Assembly (NCBI GenBank): GCA_964350605.1
Contig: CAYGKP010000001.1
Span: 1 to 39,936, forward strand
Direction: 5' to 3'
Source: an uncultured Cytophagales bacterium
GTDB taxonomy: Bacteria > Bacteroidota > Bacteroidia > Cytophagales > JAAEPT01
Length of the DNA: 39,936 nucleotides
A program made the position numbers and the translations under genes. Each line of letters starts with the position of its first letter. Within the stretch, counting starts at the first letter, position 1. The notes below the pieces were generated by a model that saw only the letters and a list, made by a program, of their open reading frames with translations, made no database searches and was not told the origin of the DNA. Shown here in pieces: positions 33,491 to 39,936 of the stretch.

Positions 33491-34423
33491 ATGAGCCCCG
33501 AAGTCACGCCCCTATCTGATAACCTGCTGGCCTACATCGCTGGCGAGGTGGAGGAACTACTCTCGCAAGGCAAACCCGCCGACTACATCCCCGCGCTCGC
33601 GCGGGTCGATCCCCAACAGTTCGCGCTGTGCGTTCACCCACTAGAAGGAGAGCCACTGTGGGTGGGCGATGCGGACACGCCCTTTACGATTCAGAGTATT
33701 TCGAAAGTCCTCTCATTGTCCTTGGCTTATGAACGCCTTGGCGACAAACTCTGGGCTCGGGTTGGTCGCGAACCTTCGGGCATGCGCTTCAACTCGATCA
33801 TGCAGCTCGAGTCCGACAAAGGCATTCCCCGCAACCCGTTCATCAACGCAGGGGCGCTAGTAGTGGTCGACATGCTGCTTGATTTGCTCGAACACCCCGA
33901 GCGGGAGATGCTGGCCTTCGCGCGAGCCATCAGCGGCGATCGGGAGATTCGCTACAACACCGAGGTGGCCCACAGCGAGATGGAAACCGGCCACGTGAAC
34001 GCCGCCCTCGCCCACTTGATGCGTGCCCATGGCAACCTAAACCACAACCCTGAAAAGGTCCTGCGTCTGTACTTCACCTATTGCTCACTCGAAATGTCGT
34101 GCCGCGACCTCTCGGCGGCCTTCGGGTTTTTGGCCAATGAGGGGGTTAATCCGCACACCAAGAGCCGTCTAATCTCAGTTGGTCATGCACGGCGGATCAA
34201 CGCCTTGATGCTGACCAGTGGTCTGTACGACGAGGCAGGGGAATTTGCTTACCGCGTCGGTCTGCCCGGAAAAAGTGGGGTGGCTGGTGCGATTGCGGCA
34301 GTCTTACCACGGGGCTTCAGTTGCGCGGTGTGGAGTCCGGGGCTCAACGCAAAGGGCAATTCGTTGGCGGGCATTCGCGCCCTCGAACTGTTGACCACAA
34401 GCACTGGGAACTCAGTGTTTTAA
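33491..34423 (+). CDS. glsA: Glutaminase A
   Basis: I chose the ATG at 33491 (preceded by aaggag), giving 310 aa. Typical glutaminase strings: ADYIPALARV, FTIQSISKV, EPSGMRFNS, NPFINAGAL, GLPGKSGVAGAI. Confidence 0.85.
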   Translation: MSPEVTPLSDNLLAYIAGEVEELLSQGKPADYIPALARVDPQQFALCVHPLEGEPLWVGDADTPFTIQSISKVLSLSLAYERLGDKLWARVGREPSGMRFNSIMQLESDKGIPRNPFINAGALVVVDMLLDLLEHPEREMLAFARAISGDREIRYNTEVAHSEMETGHVNAALAHLMRAHGNLNHNPEKVLRLYFTYCSLEMSCRDLSAAFGFLANEGVNPHTKSRLISVGHARRINALMLTSGLYDEAGEFAYRVGLPGKSGVAGAIAAVLPRGFSCAVWSPGLNAKGNSLAGIRALELLTTSTGNSVF

Positions 34424-34482
34424 CGCCACCGGGCGCGATTAATTTGTATCTTAGTGGTACTGATGTATCACTATTCTGCTGG

Positions 34483-37239
34483 ATGAAGACTTTTTTCCGC
34501 TGCCTACTCTCTTTTCTTGTTCTCTGCCACGCCCTTGCCGACCTCCAGGCCGCAACGGTGACGGCCTTTTCGTTTCCAAAAACGACTTACGAACTCTACG
34601 AGAAAGTAGAGGGCGACATCACGCTCGGCTCGGGGTACGCGAACCCCTACGACCCCGACATCATCGCCGTGGATGCGGAGATCACACCGCCTTCCGGGCC
34701 GATGTATACCATTCCCTGCTTTTACATGGTGCCTGTTACTTGGCAGACCAGCTGGGCCAACCTGAACAGCGGCAGCGCGGGCTGGAAACTTCGCTTCACG
34801 CCAACGCAGGTGGGCACGTACTCGATTCGCATTATCGCTGATGATGGCTCGGTAGGCACCTCGGCCACGCTGAACATTACCGCCGTGGACGGCGGCCGGA
34901 AGGGCTTCATTGACCTGGATGCAACTGAGCAACAATTCCTTCGCCACGAAACGGGCGAGCCGTACTACCCCCTGGGTATCAACCTGGGTTGGCACGAAGG
35001 AAACATGGTCACCTGGTTCAATGATTATTTCAGCAGCTACCTATCCCCCAACCGCATCAACTGGATTCGTTACTGGCAGACTGAATTCTCCGGACAAGAC
35101 CTGGAGTGGTCCAATAGCGCCTCATATTACACTGGTTGGTACCCGGGCCTCGGCGAGTACAGCCAGCGCGGAGCTGCGTTCACAGACTCCGTATTGAATC
35201 TCTGCGAGGCGAACGACACATATATGCAACTCGTGCTGTTCCAACATGGCTCGCATAGCACAACAACCAATGCAAAGTGGAATCCAATCGGTGGTGGAAG
35301 CGACGGCAATCCATATCGCCAAAGCAACGGCGGCCCGGTGCCCGATGCCAACCCCGAGCAGTTCTTTTCATTAGCGGCGGCCAAAACGCAAGTACAGAAA
35401 CGCCTTCGCTATACCGTAGCGCGTTGGGGTTACTCGCCACACATCTTGACCTGGGAGCTTTTCAATGAAGTAAACTATGCCGATCGGGCGGGGGGAAGCG
35501 CGGACGGCGATGTCGACACCTGGCACGATGAGATGGGCCAGTACCTACACAGCCTTGATCCCTACAATCACATCGTTACTACTAGCACCTCTGGGTACAA
35601 GCCGCTGCTGCTGCTGATGGATGACAACACCGGAATTGATCAACTTCAATTCCACCGCTACTCGGGCTCGATCGACAAAGGGTTGGAATTGGAAGCCGAA
35701 GATCTACTCTCCTCGCTCACCAAACCCATTCTTTGCGGAGAGTTTGGTGCTTCCGATGGACAAGCCACCAATTACGTGGGCTATCCTGATCAGTGGGGGG
35801 ACCACATTCGGCGGGCCGTTTGGAAAGGCGCGATGACCGGTGTACCCAATATGTTCTGGTTTTGGCAAGGGTTGATGCGGGAACAAGGTCTGTATTGGAT
35901 TTACGACCATGCCCAAGAGTTCCTGGATGGTGTGGACATCGTGACCGAGACCGGCGGACAAGCCATCAACGGGCGGTACTTGACACAGCCCTCAGGCATA
36001 GGTTCGGTATCCATTGCCCCGGCGACAACGACTTTTCTAGGCACAAATAGCCCCAACCCCTGGACTACGACAATTGATGGAAGCGGCAGCTACTCCAATG
36101 CAATTGGGCTCAACCAATTCATTGCGGGGATTGGCAACGGAGGCATCAGCCGGGATCTACAAATCACCGCCAACTTCGCCACGACTGGCAGCTTGACTTT
36201 GAATGTGACTGGTGTCTCGGGTTGGAATCCACCTCAGCAGATTCAGGTGTACTTGGACGGTGGACTACAGACCACTTGGTCGATTTCGGGCGCGGGGGCT
36301 CAAACTCTATCTGGCATCCCAGCTGGCTCCCACACCATTCGCCTGTACGGAGTCGGGCAAGACTGGGTGCAGTTTAGCTCGATCGATGTCAATAACGTCC
36401 AGCTCAACTACCTGCAGACGTACGGCTATCACGGGGGCGACTACGCCTACGCCTACATCACCGATGACGAGTATGGCTTCTATGCCGATCCCTCGAGTGT
36501 CTCAGACGTCACAGGGGCCACCTATCGCTTAGGACCGATGCCGCAAGCCAGTTACCAAGTCGAGTTCTTCAGCCCCGTCTCGGGCGCATGGCTCGGCACT
36601 CAAACCGTTGGCCGCATCAACGACAGCATCACCCTGACATTCCCCACCTTCAAGAAGGATATTGCCTTCCGCGTTTCGCCCGATCCGGCACTGCCTGTGG
36701 CTTGGGCCACCTTCAGTGGGCATTGGCTGGACGAGCAAACCGCCGAACTGAAATGGACAGCCGAAGGCGAATCAGGCGGGCTCTTCACCCTCGAACGTAG
36801 CGACGATGGCAGTCGCTTCTTACCCGTCACCACCGTACCCAGCGCAAGCAACGGCATGAACAGTTACCGGGCCACCGATGCGGTTGGCGAGAACCGAGGG
36901 ACTGTCTACTACCGCATCCGCTATCAACAACTTGGCGAGGTAGACAGCTACAGCCAGGTTGTCACGCTCTCCCGCGAGGCGAGCGATCAACTTTTGGTGC
37001 GTGCCTATCCCAACCCAAGCGATGGGCCCCTCAACTTGCGGATCAACGGGGCGTTGTATGGGCAGGTATCCGTCCAAGTCTCCGATGCGATGGGCCGCTC
37101 AGTGATTGAGGAGCAATTCACCCTGAAGAATGAGGTGGTCAAGTTGGCGGGCTTTGCCGAACTTCCGCGTGGGCTCTACTTGCTTCGCGTAACCGACGCT
37201 TCCGGCCGTGCCTGGACCGGGCGGGTGGTCAAGCCGTAA
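34483..37239 (+). CDS. Secreted clan GH-A-like (GH5-like TIM-barrel) glycoside hydrolase with N-terminal Ig-like domain and T9SS C-terminal sorting domain
   Basis: I chose the ATG at 34483 (MKTFFRCLLSFLVLCHALA, a signal peptide). WELFNEVNY is a candidate acid/base NE and ILCGEFGAS a candidate nucleophile E. The C-terminus YPNPSDGPLNLRI...VSDAMGR...GLYLLRV is a T9SS CTD pattern. The exact GH family was not determined. Confidence 0.7.
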   Translation: MKTFFRCLLSFLVLCHALADLQAATVTAFSFPKTTYELYEKVEGDITLGSGYANPYDPDIIAVDAEITPPSGPMYTIPCFYMVPVTWQTSWANLNSGSAGWKLRFTPTQVGTYSIRIIADDGSVGTSATLNITAVDGGRKGFIDLDATEQQFLRHETGEPYYPLGINLGWHEGNMVTWFNDYFSSYLSPNRINWIRYWQTEFSGQDLEWSNSASYYTGWYPGLGEYSQRGAAFTDSVLNLCEANDTYMQLVLFQHGSHSTTTNAKWNPIGGGSDGNPYRQSNGGPVPDANPEQFFSLAAAKTQVQKRLRYTVARWGYSPHILTWELFNEVNYADRAGGSADGDVDTWHDEMGQYLHSLDPYNHIVTTSTSGYKPLLLLMDDNTGIDQLQFHRYSGSIDKGLELEAEDLLSSLTKPILCGEFGASDGQATNYVGYPDQWGDHIRRAVWKGAMTGVPNMFWFWQGLMREQGLYWIYDHAQEFLDGVDIVTETGGQAINGRYLTQPSGIGSVSIAPATTTFLGTNSPNPWTTTIDGSGSYSNAIGLNQFIAGIGNGGISRDLQITANFATTGSLTLNVTGVSGWNPPQQIQVYLDGGLQTTWSISGAGAQTLSGIPAGSHTIRLYGVGQDWVQFSSIDVNNVQLNYLQTYGYHGGDYAYAYITDDEYGFYADPSSVSDVTGATYRLGPMPQASYQVEFFSPVSGAWLGTQTVGRINDSITLTFPTFKKDIAFRVSPDPALPVAWATFSGHWLDEQTAELKWTAEGESGGLFTLERSDDGSRFLPVTTVPSASNGMNSYRATDAVGENRGTVYYRIRYQQLGEVDSYSQVVTLSREASDQLLVRAYPNPSDGPLNLRINGALYGQVSVQVSDAMGRSVIEEQFTLKNEVVKLAGFAELPRGLYLLRVTDASGRAWTGRVVKP

Positions 37240-37329
37240 CAAACCTTACGGCGTTCTTCGGTTTCGTCGTCTGGCAGACAAGCCGTAGCTTCTGCTTGTT
37301 CCTACCTTACCTCAAACCACTCCCCCAAC

Positions 37330-37662
37330 ATGGCCAACTATTACGAGTCCGACGACCTCAAGAAATTTGGCGACATCGGTCGCTACCAGAAGCCGATGGC
37401 CGACAAGTTCTTCGCTTGGTACGGCGAGGTCTTTGCCGAAGGCGAACTGACCGCCCGTGAGAAGTCACTGATTGCCTTGGCGGTTTCTCATGCCGTGCAG
37501 TGCCCCTATTGCATTGATGCGTACAGCGAGGACGCTGTCCAGAAAGGCTGGAGCGAAGGCCAGATGATGGAAGCCGTTCACGTTGCGGCGGCGATTCGGG
37601 GCGGTGCCTCGCTGGTGCATGGGGTTCAGATGATGAACCACGCCGACCAGCTTTCGATGTAA
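37330..37662 (+). CDS. AhpD/carboxymuconolactone-decarboxylase-like protein (arsenosugar biosynthesis-associated peroxidase-like protein)
   Basis: 110 aa with the CxxC string HAVQCPYCIDAY. It ends 1 nt before the arsS start, and this pairing is characteristic of the arsenosugar cluster. Confidence 0.75.
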   Translation: MANYYESDDLKKFGDIGRYQKPMADKFFAWYGEVFAEGELTAREKSLIALAVSHAVQCPYCIDAYSEDAVQKGWSEGQMMEAVHVAAAIRGGASLVHGVQMMNHADQLSM

Positions 37663-37663
37663 T

Positions 37664-38722
37664 ATGGCACTCGCCACCACGTCCCTCAAACGCAGCCAGA
37701 ACCACCTCTCGGATCCCGCCGAGCAGATTCGTGTGCTTGAAAACCAGAACGGCGAGTACAAGCCCTTGCCTGCTTTCTCGGCCAAGTTGGAAGAGATCGG
37801 GCTTTCGCCCTTGCGCCCCACAGGGGTCGACATCTTCCAGGTAAATATGGGCAAGATGTGCAACCAGACCTGCACGCATTGCCACGTCGATGCCGGGCCG
37901 GATCGCACCGAGATCATGACCCGCGAGACGATGGAAGCCTGCCTGGTGGCCCTGGCCCAATCCGACATTCAGACAGTCGACCTCACGGGCGGCGCGCCGG
38001 AGATGAACCCCGACTTTCGCTGGTTTGTCGAGCAGATTCGCGCACTTGGTCGGCACGTAATCGTGCGCTGCAACCTGACGATCATCGTCGCAAATCCGAA
38101 GTATCACGATCTGCCGGAGTTCTTCAAGAAGCACCAGGTAGAAGTGGTCAGTTCGCTGCCCTTTTACAATGCCAACCGCACCGATAAGCAACGCGGCGGC
38201 GGCGTGTTCAAAAGCTCGATGAAGGCGCTTCGGATGCTGAACGAGGTTGGCTACGGCAACCCAGAAACCGGGCTCAAGCTCAACCTTGTTTACAACCCTT
38301 CGGGTGCTTTTCTGCCCGACAGCCAGGCATCATTGAAAGCACAGTTTCAAAAGGTACTGTGGGACGATCACGGCATTCGTTTTAACGAACTGTTTGCCAT
38401 TACCAACATGCCCATCAGCCGTTACCTCGAGTCGCTCTTGCGTACCGGAAATTACGAGCGGTACATGGACAAACTGGTCGGGGCGTTCAACCCCTCGGCC
38501 GCTTTGGGGGTAATGTGTCGCAACACAATTTCCGTTGGGTGGGAAGGCCAGTTGTATGACTGTGACTTCAACCAGATGTTGGAATTGGAAGTCCGGGATG
38601 CACCTTCGCACATCTCGCAGTTCGACGCCAAAAAACTGGGCGAGCGGCGCATCGTCTTGGGCCAACACTGCTACGGTTGCACGGCAGGCGCAGGCTCAAG
38701 TTGCGGCGGCGAAGTGGCCTAA
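37664..38722 (+). CDS. arsS: Arsenosugar biosynthesis radical SAM protein ArsS
   Basis: CNQTCTHCHV is the CxxxCxxC radical SAM cluster motif. The Cys-rich C-terminus CYGCTAGAGSSCGG is typical of ArsS. The gene is adjacent to arsM. Confidence 0.8.
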   Translation: MALATTSLKRSQNHLSDPAEQIRVLENQNGEYKPLPAFSAKLEEIGLSPLRPTGVDIFQVNMGKMCNQTCTHCHVDAGPDRTEIMTRETMEACLVALAQSDIQTVDLTGGAPEMNPDFRWFVEQIRALGRHVIVRCNLTIIVANPKYHDLPEFFKKHQVEVVSSLPFYNANRTDKQRGGGVFKSSMKALRMLNEVGYGNPETGLKLNLVYNPSGAFLPDSQASLKAQFQKVLWDDHGIRFNELFAITNMPISRYLESLLRTGNYERYMDKLVGAFNPSAALGVMCRNTISVGWEGQLYDCDFNQMLELEVRDAPSHISQFDAKKLGERRIVLGQHCYGCTAGAGSSCGGEVA

Positions 38723-38732
38723 CCACTTACTT

Positions 38733-39701
38733 ATGAGCTATCTCGATACCGTCGAAGACGTATACCGCAAGGCAGCCGAAACGCCCAACGTGGGGCTGTG
38801 CTGCACCACCACACCGATATGGCAACTGCCCGGGCTCTCGATTCCCAAACGAATGCAGGAGATGAACTACGGCTGTGGCAGCACCGTGGCCCCACGCGAC
38901 TTGGTGGGCAATCCCACAGTGTTGTACGTCGGTGTCGGCGGTGGCATGGAACTGCTACAATTCGCCTACTTCACCCGTCAAACGAGCGGCGTCATCGGCC
39001 TCGATGTGGTCGATGAGATGCTGACGGCAAGCCACGAAAATTTCCAGTTGGCCGAACAGGCGAATGACTGGTTCTCCTCGGATTTCGTCGATCTGCGTAA
39101 GGGAAGTGCGCTCTCGCTGCCCCTCGAAAACGAGACGGTGGATGTCGCGGCGCAAAACTGCTTATTCAACATCTTCGAAACCGAGGAGTTAAAGCAGGCC
39201 CTGGCCGAGATGTACCGAGTGCTCAAGCCACACGGCCGCTTGGTTCTCTCCGACCCGATTTGCGAGCAGTCTATGCCCAAATCCTTGCGGGCAGATGAGC
39301 AACTGCGTGCCCTATGCCTGAGTGGTTCATTGCCCCTGGCTGACTACCTCAAACTCATCACCAATGCTGGTTTCGGCACCGTCGAAATTCGCGCGCGTCG
39401 GCCCTACCGCGTCCTCGACCCCAAACAATATGACACGCCCGAGCGTCTGCTGATCGAGAGCGTGGAAATCTGCGCGATCAAAGACCCCATGCCCGAGGAC
39501 GGACCTTGCGTGTTCACAGGACGCACGGCAATCTACTTTGGCGACCAGGAGTTTTACGACGATCACAAAGGGCATGTCTTGATGCCCAATCAGCCCTTAT
39601 CAGTCTGCGACAAAACCGCGTTGAACCTCGAAAAAATGAGCCGGGACGATCTACTCATCACCGGCCCAACTTGGTTTTACGACGGGGGTGGCTGCTGCTA
39701 G
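38733..39701 (+). CDS. arsM: Arsenite S-adenosylmethionine methyltransferase
   Basis: I chose the ATG at 38733 (MSYLDTVEDVYRKAAE), giving 322 aa. Conserved cysteines: VGLCCTT and NYGCGS. SAM motif: VLYVGVGGGMELL. It also has LKPHGRLVLSD. Confidence 0.8.
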   Translation: MSYLDTVEDVYRKAAETPNVGLCCTTTPIWQLPGLSIPKRMQEMNYGCGSTVAPRDLVGNPTVLYVGVGGGMELLQFAYFTRQTSGVIGLDVVDEMLTASHENFQLAEQANDWFSSDFVDLRKGSALSLPLENETVDVAAQNCLFNIFETEELKQALAEMYRVLKPHGRLVLSDPICEQSMPKSLRADEQLRALCLSGSLPLADYLKLITNAGFGTVEIRARRPYRVLDPKQYDTPERLLIESVEICAIKDPMPEDGPCVFTGRTAIYFGDQEFYDDHKGHVLMPNQPLSVCDKTALNLEKMSRDDLLITGPTWFYDGGGCC

Positions 39702-39936
39702 CGCATGGGCACTTCGATGAGCAGCACTTGGCTACCCACTGAAGATTTTACCTCAACAGTTCCAGCAGCAGGCTCGAAGCCATACCCGTCGCGGCGTTCC
39801 AGCTTCTCGCCGTTCACCTCTGCCTCGCCCTCCAGGACGAAGACGTAGATACCATGCTCCTCGTCCATCGGCCTGTAAGTCGCTGACTGTCCGGCTTCGA
39901 TATCGGCCAGGGCAAAGGCGGCGTCCTGGTTGATCC
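39698..39936 (-). CDS. Pirin-family (cupin) protein, C-terminal part only; 5-prime end lies beyond the right edge
   Basis: Not in the ORF track. The hand translation of the minus strand is INQDAAFALADIEAGQSATYRPMDEEHGIYVFVLEGEAEVNGEKLERRDGYGFEPAAGTVEVKSSVGSQVLLIEVPMR*. This resembles the C-terminal cupin of YhhW/YhaK-type pirins. Confidence 0.65.
   Translation of the reverse strand, partial: INQDAAFALADIEAGQSATYRPMDEEHGIYVFVLEGEAEVNGEKLERRDGYGFEPAAGTVEVKSSVGSQVLLIEVPMR

Noticed and set aside
23676-38191. Long antisense ORFs in the high-GC right flank (23676..24188 +, 25015..25623 -, 24813..25244 -, 28669..29196 +, 29650..30132 +, 32601..33134 -, 33043..33507 -, 34504..34995 -, 37358..38191 -, 37465..37968 -)
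   Set aside because: Each is fully contained within a gene on the other strand that has strong family motifs. Their translations are Arg/Gly/Pro-rich shadow-frame text.
1-39936. Search for CRISPR arrays, tRNA/rRNA genes, IS elements, integrases and phage structural genes
   Set aside because: I found no regularly spaced short repeats, no tRNA-like or rRNA-like segments, and no ORF with transposase, integrase, sheath, tube or portal-like sequence by eye. A tRNAscan/Infernal/ISfinder run would be needed to be certain.

Overview
The window looks like a high-GC Bacteroidota chromosome. Hand counts of sample 60-nt lines give about 57-62% G+C in the flanking genes. Two secreted proteins end in T9SS-type C-terminal sorting domains. 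Right flank (23.4-39.9 kb) is ordinary: a CBM9-like secreted protein, a DUF853/HerA-like ATPase, a 1479-aa T9SS multidomain protein (2x CBM9-like, PQQ-type sugar dehydrogenase propeller, Ig), dinB, a SulP/STAS transporter, glutaminase, a T9SS clan GH-A-like glycosidase, an arsenosugar cluster (AhpD-like, arsS, arsM) and a partial pirin gene. Left edge (1-2421, minus) is an intact MmeI-family type IIL restriction-modification gene. It is missing from the ORF track because it runs off the window and has no ATG start. The interesting part lies between these flanks. An about 20.4 kb block (2695-23118) is bracketed by an imperfect ~120-bp direct repeat. It holds one tightly packed minus-strand operon (22708 -> about 2720) of seven ORFs. 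In order: a 1052-aa chimeric protein with a metzincin motif (HELGHVAGLKH) in a sharply AT-rich 3-prime module; an AT-rich 162-aa lipoprotein; two giant proteins (2597 and 2046 aa) that share a paralogous double LamG cassette and show no recognisable signal peptide, T9SS CTD, RHS/YD repeat or ATPase motif; a 401-aa HExxH protein; two small MORN/YwqK-like lipoproteins; and an orphan copy of the 401-aa gene tail. I read this as a candidate uncharacterised polymorphic-toxin-like or effector-delivery locus. That function is inference only. I saw no rRNA, tRNA, CRISPR, integrase or transposase.
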